From contig CAXXFK010000019.1 in the NCBI GenBank assembly GCA_963663965.2, positions 32,001 to 96,000 on the forward strand: a stretch of 64,000 nucleotides of DNA, written 5' to 3'. The stretch comes from Sedimentisphaerales bacterium (GTDB lineage Bacteria > Planctomycetota > Phycisphaerae > Sedimentisphaerales > SM23-30). Below the pieces are notes generated by a model. The model saw only the letters and a program-made list of their open reading frames with translations. It was not told the DNA's origin and searched no databases. The position numbers and the translations under genes were made by a program. The stretch's first letter is position 1. Each line of letters begins with the position of its first letter. This document shows positions 37,622-48,421 of this stretch, piece by piece.

Positions 37622-40600
37622 AAACTAACGTTATTTCGGCCAACAGCAAACCAGCGATAAAATGCCGGTATCACAAATAACGTCAGTAACGTTGATGAAA
37701 TCAACCCGAATACCACAACGACCGCCAAAGGACGCTGCACTTCCGCGCCAATCCCATGCGAAACCAGCAAAGGCAACAGTCCTAGAACCGTGGTGATCGA
37801 GGTAATCAGAACCGGCCGGAACCGTTGATGGCATCCGGTTATCACCGCTTCTGACATTTCCAGGCCCTCCCGGTAAAGTTGATTGATACAGGTTACCAGG
37901 ACCATGCTATCCTGGATGGCAATTCCAAACAGGGCGATGAATCCAACCGCCGCCGGTACGGATAGATATTCTCGCATCAGTATCAGGCCCAAGACACCTC
38001 CCATCAGCGCCAGGGGAATATTCACCATGACTAACAGGGCGCTCTTAACCGAACCAAACGCCAGAAACAGCATCAGAAAGATCAGTAAAATTACCATCGG
38101 AACAATGATCGCCAGCCGGTTCATGGCACGCACCTGGCTTTCAAACTGACCGCCATATTCAACGTAATAACCATCGGGCATTTCAACTTTTTCAGCAACT
38201 CGCTGTTTGATATCCGTAATCACACTTCCCATGTCACGTCCGCGTACATTGCCTTGCACGATCCAGCGGCGCTGATTGTTTTCCCGATTAATCTGAATCG
38301 GACCGATTTCCTGATGAATCCGGGCAACCTGTTTTAAAGGAATCCGTTTGGCGTCTGGAGAAGTAACCAGCAGGTTCTCCAGTGCTTCAATAGTCTCTCG
38401 ATAGGCTTCTTCGTATCGAACCTGAATGTCGTAACGCCTGGTATTCAGAAAAATGGTATCCACCACACGGCCGCCCACGGCGGTTTCCACCAGCTCCAGA
38501 ATATCGCTGGCGTTGATGCCATAGCGGGCGCACGCCGCGCGATCGACGATCACTTGCACCTGACCTTGGCCGAAGCTCTGTTCCACGGATACATCGGCCA
38601 GGCCGGGAATATTGTCGATGCTGTTGCGTATTTCAGTAGCTTTGGCCTGCAATACGGTTAAATCCTCACCAAAAACTTTAATGGCGATCTGGGCTTTTAC
38701 ACCCGACAGCAGTTCATCGAAGGCGTTCTGAATCGGCTGGGTAAAATTCAATTGCACACCGGGATATTTTTTTAACTGGGCGTCAAGCAGTTCGATCAGG
38801 GCCGCTTTATCTTTGGCGGCCCATTGGTCTTCCGGTTGTAATTCGATATGAATTTCGGCGTAATTAACCGGATGAGGATGACTGCCCGCCTCCGGTCGCC
38901 CGATCCGGGATACCACTTCCTGTACTTCAGGGTGCTGGAGAATCAGTGTTTCCAGTTTTTGGACGGTCGTAACTGCCTGTTCCAGCGAAATCGAAGGCGC
39001 CATGGTTACCCCAATCAGAATCGAGCCTTCTTCCAGTGTCGGGATAAATTCTGTTCCCAGGCTGGGAACAGCCCAGATACTGATTCCTACTAGTAACGTG
39101 ATAAGCAACAAAAGAAAAACGGGCTGTCGTATGGACCACTTCAACAGGGGATCGTGAAGTTTTTGCAGCCAGACAAAAAAGAAAAAGTCCCTGTGTGTTC
39201 CCACGTGCAGGATATAACTGGACAAAGGAGGCACAATGACGATGGCAAACAGCAGCGATCCCAGCAGGGCAAAACACAAGGTATAGGCCATTGGGATAAA
39301 CATTTTTCCTTCCACACCCTCTAATGTCAGGATCGGAATAAATACAATAACGACAATCAACAAAGCAAATATAATGGGCTTGGCCACCTCCAGGGCGCCA
39401 TCCATAATGATATTCGTTCGAATACTTAAACTGTCCGCACTGCGGGTATTTAAATGGCGGTAAATATTTTCTACCATCACAATCGCGCCATCCACCAGCA
39501 TCCCCATGGCAATGGCGATCCCGCCCAGTGACATAAGGTTGGCCGATATGCCCGCCTGACGCATCAGGATAATCGAAATAAAAGCGCTGAAGGGCAATGA
39601 AAAGACGACAATCAGGGCGGCGCGTAAATTCCCTAAAAATAAAAACAGGACAATCGCCGCCAGGACCGCGCCCTGGAGTAATGCCATCTTGACAGTATGG
39701 GTTGCCTGGCTGACCAGTTCCTGTTGCTCATAATAAGGTTCGATATGGACGCCATCGGGTAGCGAACGTTGTACCTGCGGTAGTTTGTCATAAAGCCGCT
39801 CGATGACTTTGGAGGTGTTCTGGCCATAAAGTTGCAGTACGATTCCTGAAACGACTTCTTCCTGGCCATTGCGTGATACCACACCGCGTCGTATCGCCGG
39901 GCCATATTCAACCCGGGCGATATCCGAAATATGCAATGGCACACCTTTGATGGAACGAACCGTAATCGACTCGATGTCTTCCAATGACCTTAATAATCCG
40001 ATGCCTCGAATTAATTGCTCTTCGGAACCAGTAACCAGATATTGACCACCAACATTGGCGTTATTCTGCCGGATGGCACCAATGATATCCTCTAGCGATA
40101 ATTCGTAACGTTGCAGTGCCAGGGGATCAACATGGACCTGGTATTGCAATACGTGCCCGCCAACCGAGAGAATATCCGTGACTCCCGTAACCGTCTGCAA
40201 TTGATATTTCACCACCCAGTCATTCAGATCCCGCAAATAGGTTAATGGATCTTTTCCCTGGGTATCGACGTGCTCATCGGCGGTCAGGTAATAGATAAAT
40301 ATCTGGCCCAATCCGGTTGAGATCGGCCCCAGCTTGGGTTTGTCACGCAGGTCGGGCAACTGGGCCTGTGCCTCCGCCAGTCGTTCGGCGACCACCTGTC
40401 GGGCAAAATACATATCCACATCGTCATTAAAATAAACATACACGACCGACATGCCGAATGCCGAGGTCGATTGAATATGATGAACGCCCGGCAGACCATT
40501 CATGGTGGATTCCACCGGAAAAGTAATAAGCCGTTCGATTTCCTGCGGCGCCATGCCATCCGCTTCCGTAAAGATCGGTACCATGACCGGTGATACGTCT

Positions 40601-40719
40601 GGGAAAGCATCTACGGGCAACTGGGTATATTGCTGAATCCCTAGCGCCGTGACAAACAGAATGGCCAGGACCATTAGCATTCGATAACGTAACGATAAAT
40701 TGATTAGACGGGTATGCAT
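37618..40719 (-). CDS. czcA: CusA/CzcA family heavy-metal efflux RND permease
   Basis: Motifs LPVDAFPD, ANLMSLGG, VDGAIVMVEN, EGKMF.PMA, VGFIALFGIA and GAEVQRPLA. Confidence 0.93.
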   Translation of the reverse strand: MHTRLINLSLRYRMLMVLAILFVTALGIQQYTQLPVDAFPDVSPVMVPIFTEADGMAPQEIERLITFPVESTMNGLPGVHHIQSTSAFGMSVVYVYFNDDVDMYFARQVVAERLAEAQAQLPDLRDKPKLGPISTGLGQIFIYYLTADEHVDTQGKDPLTYLRDLNDWVVKYQLQTVTGVTDILSVGGHVLQYQVHVDPLALQRYELSLEDIIGAIRQNNANVGGQYLVTGSEEQLIRGIGLLRSLEDIESITVRSIKGVPLHISDIARVEYGPAIRRGVVSRNGQEEVVSGIVLQLYGQNTSKVIERLYDKLPQVQRSLPDGVHIEPYYEQQELVSQATHTVKMALLQGAVLAAIVLFLFLGNLRAALIVVFSLPFSAFISIILMRQAGISANLMSLGGIAIAMGMLVDGAIVMVENIYRHLNTRSADSLSIRTNIIMDGALEVAKPIIFALLIVVIVFIPILTLEGVEGKMFIPMAYTLCFALLGSLLFAIVIVPPLSSYILHVGTHRDFFFFVWLQKLHDPLLKWSIRQPVFLLLLITLLVGISIWAVPSLGTEFIPTLEEGSILIGVTMAPSISLEQAVTTVQKLETLILQHPEVQEVVSRIGRPEAGSHPHPVNYAEIHIELQPEDQWAAKDKAALIELLDAQLKKYPGVQLNFTQPIQNAFDELLSGVKAQIAIKVFGEDLTVLQAKATEIRNSIDNIPGLADVSVEQSFGQGQVQVIVDRAACARYGINASDILELVETAVGGRVVDTIFLNTRRYDIQVRYEEAYRETIEALENLLVTSPDAKRIPLKQVARIHQEIGPIQINRENNQRRWIVQGNVRGRDMGSVITDIKQRVAEKVEMPDGYYVEYGGQFESQVRAMNRLAIIVPMVILLIFLMLFLAFGSVKSALLVMVNIPLALMGGVLGLILMREYLSVPAAVGFIALFGIAIQDSMVLVTCINQLYREGLEMSEAVITGCHQRFRPVLITSITTVLGLLPLLVSHGIGAEVQRPLAVVVVFGLISSTLLTLFVIPAFYRWFAVGRNNVSF

Positions 40720-40738
40720 GCTGACTCCATTGTAATGA

Positions 40739-42463
40739 TCAATGCCCATGTCCGGCGTGGCTGTCGAGGGTGCTGGTGACAATTTTTGCTTTCAATTCAA
40801 ATGAGCCCTGACTGACAATTATCTGGCCGGCCTCCAGTCCGGTCAGAACTTCGATCTGGGGGCCGTTGGAACGGCCGGTTTCGATAAACTGCGGAGAAAA
40901 ATCCTCGCCATCGTAGACAAATACGCAGGCTTTTCCTTCCAGCTGTTGTACTGCCGTCTTGGGTATAACCAGTCCGGTTGCCATTGTTTCTCCGGCTATT
41001 TCGGCTGTGATGAATAATCCGGGACGCAGCGTTCCTGATTCATTGGTTGCAATGATTCGTGCGGTCACTGTTCGGGTTTCCGGGTCAAGAATCGGGCTGA
41101 GATAAGAGATGGTTCCACTAAAGACATCTGAATCTGACGACAGATGTAAAGCCACTCGCCGGCCGATGGTTATTTGAGACAGTTGGTTGGGATAGATATC
41201 CAGATCGATCCAGACGGTACTCAAATCTGCCATGGTAAACGCGTTCGAGGTTGTGTTTAATTGTTCGCCCAGTGAGATATGCCGTTCAACGATAGTGCCG
41301 CTAAAGGGACTCTTCAGTGGATACCAGCTCAATTTTGAAAATGATTCTGTTGTTTGCTGGTTTTCCTCGCGGACCAATTGACAGGATTCACAGTTGGGAT
41401 CGCTGCAATCCTCTAATGTCGCTGGGAATGCTAAGGATGAGGTCGATGCCAGTTGCTGTAATTGCTGAATCTCATCTGGACCCATTCCCATGATTGACAG
41501 GATGCGCTCCGCACCCTGTAAGGCAATGGCACGCATCTGACGATCCCGTTGTGCCTCCAGTAAATCATGCTTGATTTGATATTGAATCGTATCCAGTTGC
41601 GCCAGATAGGCGGCTTTGGCTTTTTGTAATTGATTATGACTGGCCAGAAAATCTTCCTGACTGACAATATTCTGGTCGTATAAAGACTTCTCCCGGTTAT
41701 ACTCGGTCTGGGCCAGCTGAAAATCGGACCAGGCCTGGATCAGCAGACCGCGATTAACACCCATTTCGCCATCCAGATCGATCAATGCCTCCAGATCGGG
41801 TTGAGTTTGCAGTAAGTCGATCAGTTTGGCGGTATTGTCGTGAATGGCTTGCGCCCGGTCATAAATGATAGAACAGCAACTTGTTTCGGATAAGATATCC
41901 AGATAGTCAATCTTGGCCCGGCCCAGCTCGATGCTCTCAATCCAGGCCAGGATCTCGCCCTGTTTCACATGGTCTCCCACCGATTTGTTCACCAATCGAA
42001 CTATGCCGCCTGAAACCGGTGCAATATGAGCCAGGCGATCTTCATTGAGTTTTATTCGACCGGTAAGGGTGATGCTTTTACGGAGTGTGCCTGTTTGGGC
42101 TACCATGGTTTTCAGGCCAATCAATCTCTGGCTGTCTGCGTCGAGTTGAATGGCGATCGCTTCATGGTCATGGTCGGTATGATCATCGGATTCAGGGCTG
42201 GCCACGCCATGTGCATCGGGCAGAGTTGCCTCGTGGTCATGGCCGGTATGGTCATCCTGCTGGACCGGAACGGATTCCATGGCATGCAAATCCTCCGGAT
42301 CATGTTGGGGAGGCGCATCGGCTTCGGGAATGCCTTTAGAGTCAGAATGGGTTGACGGTGCTTCTTGGCCCGAAACCGAAGATTGTCGGCTGTTAGTCAA
42401 CAGACTGAAGAACAGGATTAGCGTGGTGATCATGACGATCAGAACAAACGGTTTATGTTTCAT
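40739..42463 (-). CDS. Efflux RND periplasmic adaptor (CzcB-like), His- and Cys-rich
   Basis: Motifs SPFSGTIVER, ADLSTVW, DPETRT and LRPGLF; DDHTxHDHEA twice; C-terminal HAGHGH. Confidence 0.9.
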   Translation of the reverse strand: MKHKPFVLIVMITTLILFFSLLTNSRQSSVSGQEAPSTHSDSKGIPEADAPPQHDPEDLHAMESVPVQQDDHTGHDHEATLPDAHGVASPESDDHTDHDHEAIAIQLDADSQRLIGLKTMVAQTGTLRKSITLTGRIKLNEDRLAHIAPVSGGIVRLVNKSVGDHVKQGEILAWIESIELGRAKIDYLDILSETSCCSIIYDRAQAIHDNTAKLIDLLQTQPDLEALIDLDGEMGVNRGLLIQAWSDFQLAQTEYNREKSLYDQNIVSQEDFLASHNQLQKAKAAYLAQLDTIQYQIKHDLLEAQRDRQMRAIALQGAERILSIMGMGPDEIQQLQQLASTSSLAFPATLEDCSDPNCESCQLVREENQQTTESFSKLSWYPLKSPFSGTIVERHISLGEQLNTTSNAFTMADLSTVWIDLDIYPNQLSQITIGRRVALHLSSDSDVFSGTISYLSPILDPETRTVTARIIATNESGTLRPGLFITAEIAGETMATGLVIPKTAVQQLEGKACVFVYDGEDFSPQFIETGRSNGPQIEVLTGLEAGQIIVSQGSFELKAKIVTSTLDSHAGHGH

Positions 42464-42618
42464 GGCAATACCTCAACTAATTGTCTTATTGTGCCGTTTC
42501 AGTTGTCTTGTTTTATGCGTGTTTATTGGTCCCGATTAATCGGGATTTGAGATTCGGCTGTTTGGCTATTTGATTTGGTTACAGTTTGACTGCCCTGGGC
42601 TCCGGCGATGGCCGGACG

Positions 42619-43971
42619 TCAATGTGACACGGATTCCAGGCTGCCTCCGATTAGACACTCCAACTCGGTTCGGGCGATATGATATCGTGTCATGGCATTG
42701 ATCGCTTCATCACGTGACGCAAACCAGTTACGCTGGGCATCCAGTAAGGTCAGGTAATCGATGCGGCCTTGATCGTAGCTGCTCTTGTAAGCGTCAAAAA
42801 TCTCGCGTGCGGGAGTGAGTACCTCATGCCGCAGGATATTTAGTCGAGTTTGGGCATAGCTCAGTTCGCTGTGCCATTGATTCAGATCATTCATTAACGC
42901 GATTCGTCCGGCCCTGGCTTGTGATCGGGCCATCTCCAGATTGGCTTGAGCCTGTTGGGTCCGTGACCGGTTGATGCCTGGGATGGGGATAGGCAATTCG
43001 AGCCCTATCAGAAAGGCATGATCGTCGGATTCGTTATAATAACGGGCGCCTCCGGATAGCGTTAAATCGGGTATCGATCGAACACGCGCCGAGGTCAATT
43101 GAGTTTGGCGTTTATGGATTTCAATGGCCCGGTTGATTATGGCGGGATTCGTGTCAAGAGCGGTATATAACGATTCCAGTGAAGGGACCGATTGCATCAT
43201 TTCAAGTTGCCCTGTCGCTTCGGTAAACAAGGGATGATCGCTGGACCAGAATAAGGCCAGTTCCTGACGTTTGGCTTGATAATTCCGGACAATGTCTTCA
43301 TGGCGCAAGGTGCTGTGAGCTAGATTCAAGCGTGCCCGGGCCAGTTCCAGCGACGAATCTTTGCCGGCTCTTACCCGTTTTTCGATCGATTCGATAATCG
43401 ATCTGGCATTCGCTTGCAATTCTTCTGACAAGGTTAATTTGTCTCGATAGAATACCAGTTCGATAAAACAGCGGGTCAGGTCGCGACAGATAGCCAGTTG
43501 CCTGGCTGCCAGATCCATCCGGACCTGTTCTGTTTCCAGCTCGGCAATCTGGCGCCGAATGGCTGCCTTCCCGCTCAGCTCGATTAACTGGCTCAAGATG
43601 AGTGTTGTTTCCTGGCGTTTGAACTTTTGAAAATCGCCCGAACCACCCACATCTTCAATTTCAATGCCTATCTCTGGGTTTTGCCAGTATCCGGCTTCCT
43701 GTTGATGAGCCTGGGCGGCCTGGAGTTGATAGCTCATACTTTGCAACTCCGGATGATGTGCCAGGGTTAATTGGAGCGCCTGTGCTAAACTCAGTTCGCC
43801 AGTAGGCTCCGTTATAACAGTGTTGCCTTCTGCTGGCTCTGATGAAGAGACCGGCTGCGGATGCTGTTGAATCGATAGGGCCGGATTGGCTTTCCTGGAT
43901 GGTGTTTGAGGAATACGGGGTGCGCAACCGCAGATAATGATTGTGAGCAATATGCTGATAATGGTTTTCAT
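42619..43971 (-). CDS. TolC family outer-membrane factor (CzcC-like), lipoprotein
   Basis: Lipobox ICGC, LSLAQAL, IPDLTL and Y..G.IDYLTLLDAQR. Confidence 0.9.
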   Translation of the reverse strand: MKTIISILLTIIICGCAPRIPQTPSRKANPALSIQQHPQPVSSSEPAEGNTVITEPTGELSLAQALQLTLAHHPELQSMSYQLQAAQAHQQEAGYWQNPEIGIEIEDVGGSGDFQKFKRQETTLILSQLIELSGKAAIRRQIAELETEQVRMDLAARQLAICRDLTRCFIELVFYRDKLTLSEELQANARSIIESIEKRVRAGKDSSLELARARLNLAHSTLRHEDIVRNYQAKRQELALFWSSDHPLFTEATGQLEMMQSVPSLESLYTALDTNPAIINRAIEIHKRQTQLTSARVRSIPDLTLSGGARYYNESDDHAFLIGLELPIPIPGINRSRTQQAQANLEMARSQARAGRIALMNDLNQWHSELSYAQTRLNILRHEVLTPAREIFDAYKSSYDQGRIDYLTLLDAQRNWFASRDEAINAMTRYHIARTELECLIGGSLESVSH

Positions 43972-44063
43972 AATCCAATCCTGATGCTGGAAAATTCGTA
44001 TCAATGGATAAACAGAGTATCTCTATCGTATTGTGTGATAAAAGGGATACGAATTGACAGGAA

Positions 44064-44468
44064 TCAAGACTGAAGTATGATGTTTCGAAGTGGAGCGTAA
44101 TAACGACTGCCTGGGAATTGCGGTTCGTTGAAGACAGCCCTGCGAGATGTGGTTTCAATGATATCATTCGAGTAGAATACCGAATCACTTATGAAACTGA
44201 TTGGTGCAGATTTTGCCGTGTTCTCCGCTGTGACAATCGAACTGATAAGGACATCGTCGCAATGTTTATGAGAGTCAAGTTTGAATGTTAAAGTTGATCC
44301 GGTCTCTGATTGGTTGTTAGTGTGATGGTCACAATGACAATGGTTATGGATTATTGGTTCAATGGAAAAATGACCATCTCGGCCCTGGCAGACCACGGTT
44401 CCCATGTTTAATACCGAACCGGTAAATACCAGCCCGATAATCCAATATGTCATTTTAGACTTGTTCAT
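44064..44468 (-). CDS. His/Cys-rich hypothetical protein upstream of the czc operon
   Basis: Signal-like N-terminus, VVC.G.DGH..IE and HNHCHCDHH. Confidence 0.7.
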   Translation of the reverse strand: MNKSKMTYWIIGLVFTGSVLNMGTVVCQGRDGHFSIEPIIHNHCHCDHHTNNQSETGSTLTFKLDSHKHCDDVLISSIVTAENTAKSAPISFISDSVFYSNDIIETTSRRAVFNEPQFPGSRYYAPLRNIILQS

Positions 44469-44744
44469 ATTCTATACGAGGAAATTATAACAGAATTCCT
44501 TTTAAATATCAAGCTGGATATTGGGATGAAGCCAATGACATGTCAAGACAGACAAAGTGATAAGTCATTAGTAAATAAGCAATTAACCATAGCTCAGATG
44601 TAGCCATTATTAACTTAACTGGTTATAAATAAAAAGGATATGTGTTTTGTGACCAAATTGAACCAAATGAATGAAATAATCAGGGCTTCTAAAGCATTTA
44701 ATACTTTTATACTGAAACTTACTGTTCAATGAAAGGTGTTCCCA

Positions 44745-46208
44745 ATGAAAAAGTCAATTGCGGCAATGATTATATTGATAATGGTCTTTACCTGTGGTTT
44801 TGTGGCTTCCGCGGAAGATACCGGCGGGCAATGGGGTTTTAAGAAAGCCTCTGACAATGGCGTTAAACCATTTCGAATTCTGCTGATTGGCGACTCGGTG
44901 ACAAATGGCTATCGGCAGTATGTTGCCGAAGATCTGGCCGATATTGCCTCTTGCGATGTATGGTTAACACCGGCACATCTTAACTCAGATGGCCTGCGTG
45001 ATGAACTGGCCCGGATTGTATCAGCGGGTTGCTATGATGTTATTCACTTCAATATCGGCCTGCATGGTTGGGAAAAAGGACGGATTCCCGAAGGGCAGTA
45101 TGAATCCCTGTTACGGAAGTATGTCGAAACACTGCAAAAATCAGCGGGGCGCGCCGTCCTGGTCTGGGGTAGCACTACCCCGATCATGTCTGAAGAGACC
45201 CCCAGGACATTGGATCCTGTTAATAATTCAGTGATTGTTGAGCGTAATAAAATCGCCGCTAAAGTAATGGCCGAAAGTGGTATTGCAGTGAATGATCTTT
45301 ACGTTGCTGTTGTAGATAAACTCAATCTGGGAGCGGATAAGTTCCATTGGTCTCCCGAGGCCCGGCGTTTACAGGCTGATTGTGTTGTCCGTGTCATCAA
45401 AAAGGAGCTAACTTTCAAATTGACGGTTTTATTACAAAAAGCATGTGCCCCGGTGATCAAAAAATGGACCCAAATCGAAGATGATAAACCGGTTGAATAC
45501 ATGACCATGGATGGAATCATGGTGCATGAAACGAATCCTCAGATTCAGCCTCAACCCGATATCGTCGATCCCGGCCAGCCCGGCAAAGCCCCTTCGGATG
45601 CGGTGGTGCTTTTTGATGGGACTGAAGCGTCTATGAAAAACTGGACCGATACCAATGGAAACCAGACCAAATGGAAATTTGCCGATGGCGCCCTGGAATC
45701 GGTTAAAGATGCCGGCCTGATCCAATCCAGGCAGACTTTTGGGTCCTGTCAGCTGCATGTGGAATGGGCATCGCCTTCCAATGTTCAGGGTAGCGGCCAG
45801 GGTCGGGGTAACAGTGGCGTTTTCCTGATGGGAACCTATGAGATTCAGGTGCTGGATTCTTATCAGAATACCACCTATCCTGATGGGCAGGCCGGCGCCC
45901 TGTATGGCCGCAAAAAACCCCTGGTCAATGCCTCGCGCGGGCCGGGCCAGTGGCAAAGCTATGATGTCATCTTCCATCGGCCCATTTTTGGTCAAGATGG
46001 AAAAGTCATCAAACAGGCCACCTTTACTGTCTTGCATAACGGCGTATTGATTCATGATAATGTTTCCCTGACAGGCGGTACTGTCTGGCGTGGCAGCCAT
46101 TCCATATCCGAATATGAACCCCATGGCGACGCCTTGCCCATCCGGCTGCAAGATCATGGCAATCCAGTCCATTTCCGCAATATCTGGGTCAGGCCGCTGA
46201 ATGATTAG
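44745..46208 (+). CDS. SGNH/GDSL hydrolase fused to a DUF1080 domain
   Basis: SGNH motifs LIGDSV, FNIGLH and D.FHW; DUF1080 motifs PSDAVVLFDG, RGNSGVF, YEIQVLDS and LQDHGNPVHFRNIW. Confidence 0.88.
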   Translation: MKKSIAAMIILIMVFTCGFVASAEDTGGQWGFKKASDNGVKPFRILLIGDSVTNGYRQYVAEDLADIASCDVWLTPAHLNSDGLRDELARIVSAGCYDVIHFNIGLHGWEKGRIPEGQYESLLRKYVETLQKSAGRAVLVWGSTTPIMSEETPRTLDPVNNSVIVERNKIAAKVMAESGIAVNDLYVAVVDKLNLGADKFHWSPEARRLQADCVVRVIKKELTFKLTVLLQKACAPVIKKWTQIEDDKPVEYMTMDGIMVHETNPQIQPQPDIVDPGQPGKAPSDAVVLFDGTEASMKNWTDTNGNQTKWKFADGALESVKDAGLIQSRQTFGSCQLHVEWASPSNVQGSGQGRGNSGVFLMGTYEIQVLDSYQNTTYPDGQAGALYGRKKPLVNASRGPGQWQSYDVIFHRPIFGQDGKVIKQATFTVLHNGVLIHDNVSLTGGTVWRGSHSISEYEPHGDALPIRLQDHGNPVHFRNIWVRPLND

Positions 46209-46595
46209 AATTGATAGAATGAAATAAGGTCCAGCTATCGGTAACCATTCGAGAGTTATCCAGATTACGACATAGATTACCAACCGAACAGAAATTTGAA
46301 TAATCGCTTAAAAAACAAAGGTAGAGACTCTCTACCTTTGTTTTTAGGAAAATCTGGGCAGCCCACAGTTCTCGGTTTAAGCTTTCATAGTAAATTGCCG
46401 GCTTCCTCCCGACTGATTCAAAACGAACCCAATTTTCACCATTTATCTAACAATACCATCCAGACTACCTTACCTGTTACGCCAGTAAATTGCTGTATCA
46501 ATAGTCCATGCTTTCAGATTATCCACAAAAAAAAGAGGCCGTCTCCCTATCAGGAAAAAGACCTCTTCAGATGGTTTTAAGTATTTGAAACTAAT

Positions 46596-47768
46596 TTACT
46601 TGAGAAATTGGGCTATCCGGTCAATGCCTTTATCTATGTTGGCCATGCTGGTTGCGAAGCTCAGCCGGATATTCTCATCGCAACCGAAACCAATACCAGG
46701 TACGCAGGCCACTTTTGCTTCTTCCAGTAGCTTATTGCAGAATTCGACACTTCCACTTACGCCCAGTTTGGCGTAAGTCCCTGAAATATTTGGAAATGCA
46801 TAAAATGCCCCGGTTGGCTCGATACAGGTAACCCCCGGCAAAGCATTCAATCGCTGATGAATATGAACAGCCCGCTTGGCAAATTCAGCATGCATCTTGT
46901 CGATATCACCCTGCCCTTTCTGCAATGCGTCAATGGCTGCCAACTGACAGAAAGTCGCTGGCCCCGATGTCATATGAGATTGAATGTTTCCGACCGCTTT
47001 GGCCAGGCTATCCGGACCGGCCAGGTAACCCAGTCGCCATCCGGTCATACTATAGGCCTTGCTTAATCCATTGACTGTGATCACCTGATCATATAATTCC
47101 GGACAGGCCGCTGCGAAACTCTGGAATATCATATTGCCATAGACCAGCTTTTCGTAAATTTCGTCAGATAGGATCGCAACTTTCGTTCCCTTTAAAACTT
47201 CACCTAATGCGGCTTGTTCTTCCGGTGAATAGCAAAAACCACCGGGATTACTCGGCGAGTTAAAAATCAGCATAACTGTTTTGTCAGTAATATGTTGTTT
47301 CAGTAATTCCGGGGTGAGTTTGTAGCCATCTTTCTCTTGGGTCTGAACAAATTTTGGGACACCACCAACCAGGCTGACCATATCTGGATAACTAACCCAA
47401 TAGGGCGTAGGGATTAATACTTCGTCTCCCGGATCACAGACCGCATGAACGGCTTCATATACAGCGTGCTTAGCGCCACAGGTGACTACAATCTGAGACG
47501 GTTTATAGTCTAAAGCATTTTCGTCTTTGAGCTTACGGGCAATTTCTTTCTTAAGATCCGGATGACCCGAACCGGCAGTATATTTGGTCATGCCCTTGTC
47601 GAGATAATGCTTTGCGGCTTCCTTGATAAAATCTGGGGTATCGAAGTCGGGTTCGCCAGCTCCGAAACTGACGACGTCAACTCCCTGGGCTTTCATTTGC
47701 TTTGCCTTCGCCGTCACGGCCATGGTAATTGATTCCTGAATTGATCCGGCAAATTGACTGATTTTCAT
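46596..47768 (-). CDS. PLP-dependent class I/II aminotransferase (aspartate aminotransferase-like)
   Basis: Motifs GAGEPDFDTP, PYWVSY, NSPSNP, SDEIY and SKAYSMTGWRLGY. Confidence 0.95.
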   Translation of the reverse strand: MKISQFAGSIQESITMAVTAKAKQMKAQGVDVVSFGAGEPDFDTPDFIKEAAKHYLDKGMTKYTAGSGHPDLKKEIARKLKDENALDYKPSQIVVTCGAKHAVYEAVHAVCDPGDEVLIPTPYWVSYPDMVSLVGGVPKFVQTQEKDGYKLTPELLKQHITDKTVMLIFNSPSNPGGFCYSPEEQAALGEVLKGTKVAILSDEIYEKLVYGNMIFQSFAAACPELYDQVITVNGLSKAYSMTGWRLGYLAGPDSLAKAVGNIQSHMTSGPATFCQLAAIDALQKGQGDIDKMHAEFAKRAVHIHQRLNALPGVTCIEPTGAFYAFPNISGTYAKLGVSGSVEFCNKLLEEAKVACVPGIGFGCDENIRLSFATSMANIDKGIDRIAQFLK

Positions 47769-48421
47769 GGAGAAATCCTTTCTGTTGTTACTGCTTCCGG
47801 TATTCAAACCGCCACTTTTTAACGCTTTTTGATTCTATTTTCAATACCCAATCATTGAATTCTTTAAAAACAGGACCTTGTTATAAGTGGAAAAGTTGTT
47901 TTATAAAAAAGAGATGATGTGCATTTCCTGAATTAACCAATAAAAAGCCAGCAAAGGTTATCACCTGTACAGCCAATATACACTTGAGTTAAAGAGTTTT
48001 TAATTTGATCATCCCCATATCGCATTGGATAAGTGTTAAACATAAATGATTATTATAAATATTCATTTATTATTTTGACAAGAAACATGGTTTTTTAACA
48101 GGAAAATTGCTTTTAATGTTTGACAAATGAACAATTGGCGATTATCTTTTTTATAAAGAATATGCTTTATAAACATAAAGTGTCTGTTATTATTAATTGA
48201 TATTTGGACAACTCCGGTTAGCTTTGGCTTTTCATTGTTATCGAGTTGTTCTTCATATAAGAACGACCCATTTTCGTGTATAATAAATGATAGAATGTTG
48301 GGGAGGAAGATGGATGGAAAGTATGTTCTCTAATGCCCGGTTAGTTTTATGAGGATTGATTCAATTCTTGCGAAAGCTTTGCCTTGCGTATGCTATGGCA
48401 TTTCGGAACAGGATATTTATT

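Noticed and set aside
46296..46580. 94-aa ORF containing QNEPNF
   Set aside because: TTG start, no RBS, and it runs through a terminator-like hairpin. It is better explained as the DNA motif reported in the findings.
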